A DNA stretch of 51,743 bases, counting the filler, from Catajapyx aquilonaris (taxonomy: Eukaryota), in NCBI GenBank assembly GCA_000934665.2. It is 3 parts of 3 records of this genome, joined end to end, with 100 filler letters (N's around TTAATTAATTAA, not from the genome) between each part and the next. Parts side by side here need not be neighbours in the genome. Positions count along the whole stretch, not along the records: positions 36,218 to 51,743 come from JYFJ02007482.1; 2 more parts are not named here. One strand, written 5' to 3'. A model generated the notes under the pieces. It saw nothing but the letters and a program-made list of their open reading frames with translations, was not told the DNA's origin and did no database searches. Shown here piece by piece: positions 38,224-50,350 of this stretch. Made by a program: the position numbers and the translations under genes. Within the stretch, counting starts at the first letter, position 1. The number at the start of each line of letters is the position of its first letter.

Positions 38224-38785
38224 CAGGGTGTAAATGAATTCAACCGACAAACTTCTGGGGTGATAGAGGGGACCAAGACAAACATTTTTGACATAGGAAA
38301 CCGTGTCCGAAAACACCATCTAGAGGGGGTTCATAGACGAGGAAGAGGGGGTTCATAGACGCGTCACGCGAGAGGCGCAAGTCGAGCGGACTGTTTTGTT
38401 GATAGATGGCGTGCAGTTGTTGCCAGGTTATGGCGTATCGCGTCGTTGTAAGTAAACAACAACACGATACGCCATAACCTGGCAACAACAGAACCGCTGT
38501 TGACTATCCGCGCGTCTCCTAGTAGGCGGACTTTAGTTGCTAGATGACTCTGTTGATGCCACGTTATGGCACATCGCATAGTTGGTTACTATCCGAGCGC
38601 CATCTATCAACAAAACAGTCCGCTCACCTAGCGCCTCACGCGTGACGCGTCTGAGCGCACCCGTTCCTTGTCTATGAACCCCCTCTAGATAGCGTTTCTG
38701 GGCACGGTTTCCTATGTCAAAAATGTTTGTCTTGGTCACCTCTATCACCCCTAGAAGTTTGTCGGTTGAATTCATTTACACCCTG
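38224..38785. mobile_element. Palindromic Tc1/mariner MITE
   Basis: TA|CAGGGTGTAAATGAATTCAACCGACAAACTTCT...AGAAGTTTGTCGGTTGAATTCATTTACACCCTG|TA. Arms extend about 190 bp. Confidence 0.88.
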
Positions 38786-40706
38786 TATATATATTTATTT
38801 ATTTATCACGCCTAATTAAGCCACTTCCCGGGTATGGAGAGCGCTGAAATTTCTCACACCCATGTCTTACCTTTCGGTGATGTCGGCAAAAGTCCAAAAA
38901 GCACATTTTTTTGAGTCTGAGGGCGGCTTTCAGCAACCTTTGCAATTGCCTAGCAACCTTCGCTGTCAACAAACCAAAAGTAAGGATTTTCACGTTCGAA
39001 AATAATGAATATTCTATTGTCAACAAAGAAAAACAATAGAACATCGGGAATGTTGCTATGGAAGTGGGTAAAGATCAACAATATTTCCGAACAATCGCAT
39101 TCGAATGTGCAGATCAGTCATTCTCCATCTCCCATCCACTCCTTCACCCTCCCTCTCTCCTGTTCCGTACCTCCTCGCCCTCCCTCAGACGATCAGCACT
39201 GCGCATGCGTTGACATCCCTCCTGAGACCCCTTCCAAATCAACATTGCATAAGGCGTTCCATTTTCTACAAACAAACAATCGAACAGCGACCGGTTGCTA
39301 GGGCAACAGCCTTCGATAGAAAATAATCAACAAACAGTCCCTTTCCTTCTGTGCTTGCAATCAGACCACACTTTCCATAGCGCCTTGGTTCAGTGCTCAG
39401 AAAGGAACGGGCCAAGTAAAGGCGTGCTTCTCTCTTGAGGTCGATTGAGGTCACCCCCTTCGACTCATATTATTTTAATCCCCCAGTTTCTTTCCCGCTG
39501 GCTTACTCCTAGACTATGGTTGGAATAATTCATCCATTAACTGTTTGTTCACTGTGCTATCCGCCTAGTCTCGCTAGTCTCCACGGCGTATTATACACTT
39601 GCTCTTTTTTAAATTTGCCACATAGAATACATCTTTCGGAATGGCTCAGAGTCCCGCCTGATAAGATGCATTTGCTATTATACAGGGTGATTCTCCCGAA
39701 TGGAAACCCAAACATTTCTGAATAACTTTTTAACTATGGTATGGTTCCCGATGAAAATTGACATGTACTTACCTTATATCATGCCAAACAAAGTCTGATT
39801 AAAGAATATACCAAAAGTGGTCCCCTCCAGCATCCAAGAATTTTTTAATGCGAGTCTGCATATTGCCGAAGACTCCTGCAGATTAGCGGCAGGAATGGCT
39901 CAATCTCCACCCGCCCGCCTGCTTGGCGAGAGGGCATCTCAAGGCAACTGGACCGTTGTCTTAAAATGCCCTCTCACCAAGCAGGTGGGAGGGTGGGAGG
40001 GTGGGAGATGGATGCCATTTTCTGAAAAATGGTCTATTTGTCCTTTCTCCTTATTGCCAAAGATATATGGGAATAAGCATTGGGAACGAATGGTTGGAAA
40101 AGATTGTTAAATTAACTTTCATTGCATCTTGTTACTTTCCTTTTAAACAGTGCACATACCCAATGAGCCAGGACTGCATCAGGGTGGTAGCAATACCAAA
40201 CAGAGCAGCATCATTACTGGAATATCCATGTGACTTAGCATCACTGAAACCAGGTGGGAAAAATGTAGAAAGTTAGTGTTTTTTTAACATGATAGTGATT
40301 TTTTTAGCTAACTAGTTTTCATGGTATTTTCAAGTTTTGTCATGGAACCATGAGGAGGAGACAATGGCATTGGGTATGCAAACCATTGAAGCTTTGGTCG
40401 CAGTGTCATCAGCAGTGTTTCCCGAAGGCACACTGACTCTGGAGACAACTATAGCGGGACAGCCAGGATTATTGCTGCACCCTTCGGTGGTAACCGAGGG
40501 TAAAACGGTTCTTTATGTAAGTGTAAGTGGGTGTGTGCGTGCACATGGTGTTTGGAAAATACGATGCAAGTGTGATACTCATGATGAGGACACTATTCTG
40601 CATTGTGAAAAGTCTTGCAGAATTTTGGAAATGTTGGGTGGATTGCAAATACTGGGTTTAAACTGGGGCTTATGCCTGGGTTTAAACCTCATCTTTGGTT
40701 GGCTAA

Positions 40707-40815
40707 TGCCTGGTTGCACCAACAAAATTACCGGTCCGATAGCACATGTTAAAAGGTCTACCTATCTGTCCATTAGGAGCTATCGGACCGGTAATTTTGT
40801 TGGTGCAACCAGGCA
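40707..40815. mobile_element. PIF/Harbinger (Tourist-like) MITE with TAA TSD
   Basis: TAA|TGCCTGGTTGCACCAACAAAATTACCGGTCCGATAGC...GCTATCGGACCGGTAATTTTGTTGGTGCAACCAGGCA|TAA. Confidence 0.85.
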
Positions 40816-41803
40816 TAAGATGATGATTTGACCTGAGCCAGGATTTAAATTTCTTCCTAACTCAGACCTGTCCCTGAGATAGGTAAACCCTTGTCTCATA
40901 TCATGAATGCAGTTAAATACAATGGTGACCATGTTCTTGATCAATTTGGGCTTCTTTGTCCATTACTGATTCTCTGCCAGAGACCTGCTTCCAGCGGTGG
41001 GCATTAGCGCTGCTAATCCTCTAACCGCTAATAGCGGAACTAGCTTTTCGGTTAGCTGTTGAGCGCTTTCACTAGCTTTTCAAACAGCTAACGGACGGAT
41101 TAGCTTTCGCTAAATTTCGTGCCGCTAAATGTTAGTCCACTAACAAAATTCGCTCATGTTCCTGTGTTTTTGAGCAGCATTGCCCACTTACCCCTTGCTC
41201 TAGGCAGGGATCAAATTAGACTGGCTTATGGGTAGGGGAGTTCAAGGTCCAAGGGTGGAACGGTATGGTCTGAGCATCCAGGTCGGAGGGTGGTATGCAG
41301 ACCACCTTCCCAGTTCCCACCCACTGGTGACGCACCAAAAATGACTGCTTTTCCTCTGAGGTAAGCCCATTAAACACAGGGGACGAAGTCTGAAGTGATA
41401 GGGTGCGGGAAGCAGTCTTTTGGTGGCTACGGAAAGCATTGGTGGTACATGAAGGGAAATTTCAAGGGAAATTAGGGTAACAGGGAGAAAGGGAAAATGG
41501 TACGAAATAAGGGAAATTCAGGAAAGAAGGTATCGCATACAAAGTGAATTTATCTTTCAATATATCGATATTATGAGAAGTTAAGTTAGCCTACAGAACA
41601 GTTCAAATACTCGACAATAGTTATCAGTGATTTTAATTTCACTGTTTACCTGTCTTTCTGTGTGGAGGGATAAAAATGTGCACGTCTGGGGGGTCGCGAA
41701 TTTTACGAGACTATTTTTTGGGGTCTCAAACGAAAAGAGTTGTGAACCACAGCTGTAAATCATTGGGAAATAATAATTTTTTTTGCGTTTTGGATTTGTT
41801 TAT

Positions 41804-41861
<58 letters not shown>

Positions 41862-41870
41862 TATAATAAT
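41804..41870. repeat. (TAA)n microsatellite
   Basis: Trinucleotide run; possibly a retroelement tail. Confidence 0.9.
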
Positions 41871-41913
41871 CCAGGGTAGTGCTTGACCTCATCTGAGATA
41901 TGCAGCACGGACC

Positions 41914-42195
41914 TTTATTTATTACATCAAGTACATTTGAGCCTTTTTACGTATCGCCTGGGCCCACGGGCAGGATGACAGGAGGGGATGTGCAAGGTGC
42001 ACTGCAATGTCCTTGTGTGGCCATTTTTAGTGAACTCCCCCGGGTGGTTTAGTCTGTGGAAATACCACCCAAGACGAAGCCAGAGGTGACCCTGAACTCT
42101 GCACGAGATGAAGGGGGTGTCCCCGGGTTGGGATCGAACCCGGGACCTTAACATCCGTGGGCGCGTACGTTACCGCAGCACCACTCCGCTTCCCC
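41914..42195 (-). mobile_element. tRNA-derived SINE family C
   Basis: The minus strand starts GGGAAGCGGAGTGGTGCTGCGGTAAC (A box), has GGTTCGATCCC (B box) and ends TAATAATAAA. Confidence 0.65.
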
Positions 42196-42939
42196 TGGAT
42201 TTGTTTATTACTTTTTTACGGAACAGTAAATAACTATATACGGCATATGTGTAGCAGTGCTCTCTAGGCTTTAGCTCTCTAGGTCTGTTTTTATTTTTTA
42301 AGGGGTCGTAGAGCCACAAGAGGCTAAATTCATCAAATTTTCTCTTATTTACAATACAAAGCAACGGAGTCGAAAATGCTGCTGACGCATGGGAGAAATT
42401 GTCACTGGGGCAAATACTCCGAGGGCGAAACGGCGGGGGCGAAAAGTCTGAGACCCAAATCGTACTGTAACCCGCCTGTAAAGTAGGCTTGCGGGATAGA
42501 GTGAACCAGAAAAGCCGGAAGTAGCCGGTCACCGGAAGTTGACCATGAAACCTATTTTGGTCACTGAATGTGAAACCCATTTGCCGCTATCTCATGTGGT
42601 GTGTGCGATTGTGTGGATGTGCTATTGAGTGCATGGGATCTGTCATCACTCATATCTAGAAAATGGCTGTGGAATGGGTGCTTTTATGCTCACCAGTGAA
42701 TTCTACGCCTGTGATTTACCTACTGCGGGATTGTTGTCCAAATCCGTTATGATCATGTTGCAGCCTTCCCTGTTGAGTCAAATATTGTCATTCAGAATGT
42801 CTAAAGCGTAGAAAGTCATGACAATTTGAATGAATACTTCCGTTGAACCAAATTCTAGTACAGTGAAACCTGTCCATAACGGACCCTGAGTATAGCAACC
42901 ACCTGTACATTGCAGAATTTTTTTCTGGGAACGGTTGGG

Positions 42940-43459
42940 TTCGCCACTGCTTACTTTGCATCTTGGTTTCAGGAGTATAATGATGGATCCAGGTCTCATC
43001 TTGTGTAACGTAACGGGCTAAAAAAGTGTCCTGGTCCCTCCGATACTCCTCCAATGACGCCTATGAATGTGTCACACGGATATGCTTCTGATCAGGCGTC
43101 AGGTTGCGGGGTACCCATCGGCCCGACAGCTTGTGCATTCCTAAAGTGACTGTCAGGATTGAATTCACAGTACCTCGCGCCATTTCCGTGGCTATCTCCC
43201 TGACGGTGAGTTGGCCGTCTGCCATGACCATGTGGATTCGGTTGACATTTTCTGCAGTGGTTGCCATTGCCGGGCGGCCCGGGGGGGGGTCATCATCCAC
43301 ACACTCCCGACCCATCTTGAACTCACGTGCTCACCTTTTGACAGTGGCATATGACGGAGCTTCGCCAGACAATGTTTCCCTCATGTCCACGTGAATCTGC
43401 TGTGGGGTCATCCCCTTCTGTAGGTATTTGATCACCGCTCGCAGCTCGATTTTGTCCAT
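42940..43459 (-). pseudogene. mariner transposase pseudogene (irritans-like), N-terminal half
   Basis: MDKIELRAVIKYL..GMTPQQIH..APSYATVKR*AREFKMGRECVDDDPPPGRP..LSGRWVPRNLT..YVTQDETWIHHYTPETK contains the WVPRxL and TxDETW motifs. A decayed TIR-like sequence is near 43593-43624. Confidence 0.92.
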
Positions 43460-44369
43460 GTTGGAGACTCAGCCACACTTTCACACCTGCCAGTATCTCC
43501 TGATGGAATGATGCAATGGGAGTGAACTTTGGGCATTGTTGCCCTAATGAGTGTCACTACCGTCATGTGGAAGCCCATCATTATCAGGTGCCTTAGGCGC
43601 AGAACTATTTGGACAATCCTAGTATTTTTTCACGGATATTACGGATCATCTGCAACGCAGAAATGGAAAGGATTTTTGTCTCCTTTCACAGAAAATCCCT
43701 GTTTATAACATAAATCTAAATGTTAACATCATCTCTTGCCAGCGACTACACAGTGTGATCAAACGCATGAATGCTTGGACAATGGCTCCCACTCCACACG
43801 ATGTGGTCACGACTATCCTCTGATTTTTAAGACAAAAAGTAGCGAATTTCACTTTGAATGACACACCAAACGAACGACTAGATTCCCCAGTTATAGATTC
43901 ACTTTGTTTTAAGTGCACATAATTGCACCTTTTGTTGGGGTAGCATACTGCTACCCTGACAAATGTGACCTCCTTTTAGAAAAATGTGGACTCATGTGGA
44001 CTTGAAAGAAGTGCGTCTGTAACTGGGGAGTCGAGTCTTTCGTTTAATGTGTGATTCAAAGTGAAATTATGTGTAATCAGCAACTTTACGTCTTTAAAAG
44101 TAGAGGAATGTTATGTCATATGCGCGTAATGGAAACCTCAACAAGAGAATGCCTGGCACCGGCATTTCAAGGTCACATTCAAATTGCTACAGTAGTAAGT
44201 AGTACTTAGCCAAGGGTATTTTATGCACAGCTTAAAATCCGGATGAGCCTGAATTTGGAAATGCAGTGACCTTTCTTCCATGACCATTCCAAGCCGACTG
44301 AATAGACACAAAATGGGGGTAGGTGAACTCTCAACTTGAGTACCTGCCTGGTATAAAACCCATCTCAAT

Positions 44370-44370
<1 letters not shown>

Positions 44371-44411
<41 letters not shown>

Positions 44412-44700
44412 TTGATACCCCATTATCAGCCAACCGGGCTTTTCTAGGGGGGGATTTCTCCCAATTTTTTGTCTGGAACTCTTTCCATTTTTACTACTTT
44501 TTCATCGGAATGAGGCAGGGATAGGGAAGGAAGGAAGCGGCTGTGGCCTATGATTACGGTAACGACCCCGGAATTATCCTGCGAGGACCATGGGAAACCA
44601 CAGAAAACCATGGTCAGGGTCGCCGGCCTCCGGGATTCGAACCCAGGACCTCCCGATTAGCAGTCGGACACCATATCCACTACACCACTACTGCTTCGGT
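44371..44700 (-). mobile_element. tRNA-derived SINE family A, copy 4
   Basis: Full length with A/B boxes and a (TTA)n tail. TSD AAAACCCATCTCAATT at 44355-44370 and 44703-44718. Confidence 0.93.
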
Positions 44701-45810
44701 AAAAAACCCATCTCAATTGAACCTACCAAAGCGATTTTTATTAAAGTTCAGACATTACTTTCTTACATTAAGGGGGATTTGACACGACACTGCCAATTTG
44801 GTTTTTCCATGTTTATCCTAGCAATTCCGCGTTTGGACACACTGTGCACTGGCACGAAAATAGAAGCTCCAGTTGAACCTCCAGGCCTGTGAGTCAGCCT
44901 TCTGTGGATCAGCCTTCTGACACCATATGTCTCATAATTGCTGGCATTGAAATCAGGTGACCAGACCTTGCAGACAGATAGGTGAGGAAAGGCCGTTGGT
45001 TGAGAACCAGAGACTGCTTGTTTGGGACAAAAAATATTATGACCCATAATGTGCTGGTTGGCCTGCCTCCCATTCACCTCTCTCTCCCTCTCTGGCAGTA
45101 AAAAATCTGTCAATAATTTGTTGAAAACATGGACCCTGAGCAGAGTGGAAACCTGTCCATTACTGAAAATATATTTTGAAGAGTCCCATGCCATTCTGCT
45201 ATACACAGGTTTCACTGCATATAATATTTTCGATAACTGTTAGACAGAAGAATAGACTAAGGGTTCCATCATTGCAGGTTTTGCTTGAAACCCCTGGGCT
45301 TACCATTGTTATTAATAATTGTTGCCCAACAATTAATATCAGTACTAATTCTCCGGTTTTGCATGAAACTTGCAATAGAGCAACCCAGCCTAAATCACAG
45401 AAGATGAGAAAGAAATTCGCATGGTAGCAATGGATGCAAAACCTCATGTAAGGTTCAATGTTCAACTGCAGAATTATCCCAAATATTGCAACAAGACCCT
45501 CAAACAGTTAGTGAGCATTTAAAATGACTTGTGTCACTGTGACCAAAGACATTTTGAAGAGTACAGAAGATGCTTGGAATACCTCAAGCAAAGGCAAAGA
45601 ATGCATTTGATAACTTTGATTTTAATGACAGAGATTTTACAAATACTTAAGGAATTTGTCTTTTTTCTTGACAGCGTTGGTGCCCAAGTTGCAGGCTCCT
45701 TGGGCTTAGATCTCGCATCAACCTACTTCCCATGGACATGTCATATAACCAAGTCATACCGGTGTGTGACATGGTTGGGGTACGTATAGTCTTAGCAATG
45801 ACCTGTCTTG

Positions 45811-45937
45811 ACCTGTAATGCCCCTTGGGTCATATCTGGCACACCATTTAGTGCAATTTGCTACTTACAGGAAATATAAAAATTGCAAAAATGGCACTAA
45901 ATGGTGTGCCAGATATGACCCAGTGGGCATTACAGGG
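45811..45937. mobile_element. Short palindromic piggyBac-like MITE
   Basis: CCTGTAATGCCCC.TGGGTCATATCTGGCACACCATTTAGTGC...GCACTAAATGGTGTGCCAGATATGACCCAGTGGGCATTACAGGG|TTAA. Confidence 0.75.
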
Positions 45938-45987
45938 TTAATTATTGAGCAACAAATTTTCTCATACATCTTTGTTTCTCTTTTCAG

Positions 45988-46218
45988 TGCAATTTTCCTA
46001 CTGATTCATCTGAATCGCCGTTCTCCATTGAGGCAAACAAGGGAGAGCTTATGGAAGAATCTGCCCTGCTACTTGCCATGAAAAGTTTTCTATTAGAGGA
46101 GGAATATGCCTTAGAATTTCCACTCTCTGACGCTGCTATGAAAATTGAGAAAATTCTAGGCATATACTGTCTGAAATTGCCGTACAACATTGTAGCGTAT
46201 GGAGGATGTCTGGTTTAT
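45988..46218 (+). CDS. Candidate coding exon (77 codons, phase 0-0), unknown protein
   Basis: Strong acceptor TCTTTGTTTCTCTTTTCAG, donor GTAAGT, and an open frame CNFPTDSSESPFSIEANKGELMEESALLLAMKSFLLEEEYALEFPLSDAAMKIEKILGIYCLKLPYNIVAYGGCLVY. Confidence 0.4.
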
Positions 46219-47204
46219 GTAAGTATCAACCATGTACACTCATCTTTGTCTACAGACTGTCTATTCCAAGGTTGTGGCCAAAGAGCTTATAATTGCATCA
46301 AGAGAGGAAAAAACTGTTTCCAAGTGTAACCACTTTTTCAGCCAATGCATTTGGCTGTTGTCCCACTACGCGGCGCTACTGTCGTGTGGAATGTCAATAA
46401 AATATGTTTTTTAAATATAAGACGGACATAATTAAGAGAAAAAAAGTCTTAAAACTAACATATGTGGGTCGTATGCAGTTAAGACACTAATTTTTGGACC
46501 CAAAACTGATATTCGGCGCAGCTGGCCAACCTGTCCGTCCTCCGGGCGAGGGAGGCGAGTTTCTTTGCCGGTATTATGGCGGGACCTAGCTGGCCTTGCA
46601 AGTTGTGCGCCTCCTGCTACAGCTGTTTGCGTACTGGGATCACATTTTTTGCATTCTCAAAGAAGCCACAGCTTTTTAATGACTGGTGCCGACTCTCAGG
46701 AAGACATGACTTGCTTGTGACCACTGAGGGTGGAACCGGGGTGGACCGTGGGGTGGACCTTCCTACCAAAGCTATAGCATGATAGCCTCTGTGAGCTGCA
46801 CTTCCCACCCGAAGCAATCAAGTTTTATGCTTGTTGTAATAATGAATAATGCATATGTATGTAAAACATGTAATATATGTGATATTTATCCTCTACACTT
46901 GTGTTTTGTCTTCATCTTCTTTTTTTTTAATCGGCGGATATATTATTAGGTATGACTTATTTCCAACCACTGGGGTTTTTATAGCCATATTTCCGGCACT
47001 GCTTCGATCCACTATATTGTACAATACAGTCTTGAGTTTGGCTGTCGACTCCGCCAGATGGTAGGTCAGTCGATTGGAGACACCGGTTGCTATGCTACCA
47101 GCTCGTTTTTTCCTCTCTTGATGCAATCATAAGCCCCTTGTTTGTGGCGAAGTCTGGGCTTCAGTGGCAATAATACAAAGGAAGTACCAAGTCTATAATG
47201 TTAA

Positions 47205-47488
47205 TCCTGGAACCGTGCCGTGGGGGTCTTTTCAGACCCCAAAGGAATTAAAATGCATTAATTACAATTACCATGAACTGTTTGCCATTTTTTGAAAGCA
47301 TATAACAGGAAGTGCATGTTTATTTTGAATTGGCAATCATTTTAGCCATTGTTCAAAGAATGATTGTATATAGTCAATACATTGAAAAGTTTTATATAAA
47401 AATTAATAAAAATTAAAATATGGCGTGGGGTCCGAAAAGACCCCACGGCACGGTTCCCATAACTTTCAGGCACAGCACAGTTCCAGGG
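47205..47488. mobile_element. piggyBac-like MITE with TTAA TSD
   Basis: TTAA|TCCTGGAACCGTGCCGTGGGGGTCTTTTC.GACCCC ... GGGGTCCGAAAAGACCCCACGGCACGGTTCC..GCACAGTTCCAGGG|TTAA. Confidence 0.8.
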
Positions 47489-47495
47489 TTAAGGT

Positions 47496-47600
47496 GAGGC
47501 GTGGTGGCCGAGTTGGTAACAACTCAGCTTGCTGAGCAGATACCGGCTCGGGAGTTCCCTTTCGCCTGCGTCAGGAGGGTCTCGAACCCTCGTCTTGGAG
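47496..47600 (+). mobile_element. tRNA-like head (SINE or tRNA-Leu/Ser pseudogene)
   Basis: A box TGGCCGAGTTGG and B-box-like GGTCTCGAACCC; no clean cloverleaf seen. Confidence 0.35.
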
Positions 47601-47698
47601 GTGTCTGGCAACCTAGCCTCCAGGGAGACTGCACATGACCCACTATTCTGACCATGATCTTAGAATACTCAGGTCTGGTCACTCCCACCCCCCACCCC

Positions 47699-47975
47699 CC
47701 TGCCAGGGGCGTTTTGCAGCGGGTGCTCACCTGAGAGCGCCATGAGACATTTCCCAGAGCAATCATGTGGCAACCCTACCGGACTAGGCTGAACTTTATA
47801 GGTACAAAAGGTAAGAGCTACATGTGGGCCCCCCTACATGTGGGTCCCCCAATGTAGCGCTTCCCTTTTGTGCCTATAAAGTTCAGCCTAGTCCGGTAGG
47901 GTCGCCACATGATTGCTCCGGGAAATGTCTCATGGCGCTCTCAGGTGAGCACCCGCTGCAAAACGCCTCGGCAGG
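47699..47975. mobile_element. Foldback MITE (arms about 125 bp)
   Basis: GGCGTTTTGCAGCGGGTGCTCACCTGAGAGCGCCATGAGACATTTCCC..., with the reverse complement ending GCAAAACGCCTCGGCAGG. Confidence 0.85.
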
Positions 47976-48402
47976 CGATAAGATCAGAAAGTACGTAGTA
48001 TAAGTGTCCGGGGGCTGATTCTGTCATTGCTCTAGCATCCATGTCTCCTGCCCTATTGCCTTAGAAAAATATTTATAAATCTATCAATTTTTAATCTTAA
48101 GATTTTATAATGTTAATTTTAGGAAGAGGAATGTTGCCTTATTTCCGCCATGTCAAAAACCTTTGCCTAAATGCATATGTAACTGAATGTTAAAATCTAG
48201 ACTAAAAAGTGTTACAACCGACCCCGATCTCCCTTACACAAAGTTGTCTGCCTGCCGTAAGCCTATAATGCAGACTACTGCATGCCGACTAATGAAACAA
48301 TCTACAAAGATGCAAAATTAGCTCACCCATGAATTATGCCGGACCAAAATGTGTGTCATTTTTGTCTGCCGTCACAATGTTGCCTAATATACCAGAAAGA
48401 GA

Positions 48403-48420
48403 ATGGTTTTGACCATTTTG
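48403..48420 (+). CDS. Candidate first coding mini-exon (MVLTIL)
   Basis: ATG GTT TTG ACC ATT TTG|GTAAGT, phase 0, joins in frame to the exon at 48978. Confidence 0.35.
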
Positions 48421-48977
48421 GTAAGTGTAAAGGAGCAGGTCTTAAATTTGCAGCACGGCATCTTGCCCGCCTTCGTCTGAACTACCTGATGCAGGAATAG
48501 GCTCATGTCTACAGTACCCAAGCCCGGCAACCAAGGTCAGGTCTGACCCTGCTCAAAGGGTTAAGACTCCTCGATACATTTCACAGAGCATTGTGTGTCT
48601 CCACCTTGAGATGCAAACTGGCGAGTAGGAAGTTAGATAAGTGACTGTTGGGAAAATCACCCTCGATCCAGAATACAGTGCCTTCCTATACGTGTGGAAA
48701 GTTGACACTGGGTAATCGAAAGCAGCATATTTTCCCACCAAGGGGCCAATCAATTGTCTGTTATAGCCGAAGTGAGGTGAAAAATGAGTCTTGTTATATC
48801 TGGAGTAAAAACACACAGGGCCTTATGGACGTATGTCAGAACCAACCTTTCAAGTCTGTTATAGCCAAGGCTGTTATAACCGGAGTCAGGTGTCTATGTG
48901 ATAGGCCGTTAAAATATTTCATCGTCCAAAATTTAGATACAACCACATTGTGGTAATTATTTTATTACTACTTACAG

Positions 48978-49194
48978 CAATGGTGTCCTCACTGCAAAGT
49001 GAAGGGCAAGTCCTGCCACATTACAATCATGGAATACAAAAGCGAGAAGACACTTGCCTTGCGGTGCTCTAGATCACCATATTGTAACTACCCGAAAATG
49101 CCTGATGCTGCAGATGAAGTTTTCCCTGTGAAAGAAAGGATAGAAGCAGGTATCAAGAAGCATGTGATAGCATATTTGCAGGAGTTCTTACAAA
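48978..49194 (+). CDS. Candidate coding exon with a C4 zinc-ribbon-like motif (resembles the USPL1 N-terminal DUF4650 pattern)
   Basis: Acceptor TTTATTACTACTTACAG, donor GTGAGT, and an open frame QWCPHCKVKGKSCHITIMEYKSEKTLALRCSRSPYCNYPKMPDAADEVFPVKERIEAGIKKHVIAYLQEFLQ. Confidence 0.55.
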
Positions 49195-49598
49195 GTGAGT
49201 ATAGGTTGGTGTTAAAAGTGCTCTTCTTATCTCATTAACTACTGGTTACATGGACTGTGCTACAGTCCATTAAACGAAAGAATGATTTGACGTCACATTC
49301 AGCGCCTCCTCCACCCAGCTCTTTCCTCATACCATGTCCCCGAATCGCTCTGCAAGCATACTACTGCTCATGCTCAGAAAACACGGCTGGTGTGACGTCA
49401 AATCATTATCTCATTTAACCCTTTGAGGGCTATGTGCCTCATATGAGGTCCTGCGGGTTTTTGAACTGGGCACGCTAGAGTTTAGACAGAAATGGCACAG
49501 TTTGAGGCTCAAACTGCTCCTACCACCTCGTGGAAGGGAGCTCAACTGTCATGGCATATGCTAATCAGTTTTTCCACCTCCCAGCGGGAGCTAAAAAT

Positions 49599-50320
49599 CA
49601 GGGTTGTGAACCGAACCCTTGCTCCTTGAACCCGATGACATCAAACCCGCTCCGGAGCAGTAGAGCTGGGTTCGGAGCGAGCGTCGGAACTGGGTACGGG
49701 TTCAAGCCAGTTCAGGGGGAGAGTGGAGCCAAGGTCGGAGGAGTTGGGTTCAGGCCAACGGCTCCAGAGTTGAACCCGGTTCAAGAGCGGGTTCGGAGCG
49801 GTTCAGAGCTTGGTTAGGTACAACATACCAACCCAACAGGGGGAAAGGCAGCAAAACCGCTGGATTTGCTCCAGCGTATGCGTCATGTTTTCGTGGTGGG
49901 AGAATGACATTTCCAAGCACGTATGACATCAAAATGTGACATTTGAGGTACACCCTATATTGCGGGTGCTTGGAAATGTCATTCTCCCACCATGAAATCA
50001 TGATGCATACTCTGGAGTAAATCCAGCAGTTTTACTGCCTTTCCCCCTGTTGGGTTGGTATGCTGTACCTAACCAAGCTCTGAACCTCTGAACCGCTCCT
50101 AACCCGCTCCAAGCCCTCTCTTGAACGGGGTTCAACTCCGGAGCCGTTGGCCTGAACCCAACTCCGAACCCTCTCTGACCTTGGCTCCACTCTCCCCCTG
50201 AACCGACTTGTACCCGCACCCAGTTCTGACGCTCGCTTCCGAACCCGGCTCTACTGCTCCGGAGCGGGTTCGATGTTATCGGGTTCAAGGAGCAAGGGTT
50301 CTGTTCAGTTCACAACCTTG
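49599..50320. mobile_element. hAT-like foldback MITE with an 8-bp TSD
   Basis: CAGGGTTGTGAAC...GTTCACAACCTTG, with almost the whole element palindromic. Flanks are CTAAAAAT and ATAAAAAT. Confidence 0.85.
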
Positions 50321-50350
50321 ATAAAAATACACCCTCCCGTGGCATCAGAA

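Noticed and set aside
32173..42555. A single 10-kb element bounded by inverted ATAGGTTTCATGGTCAAC ends
   Set aside because: The Gypsy RT does not resume after 42555 and an assembly gap lies between the ends. Two independent copies are more likely.
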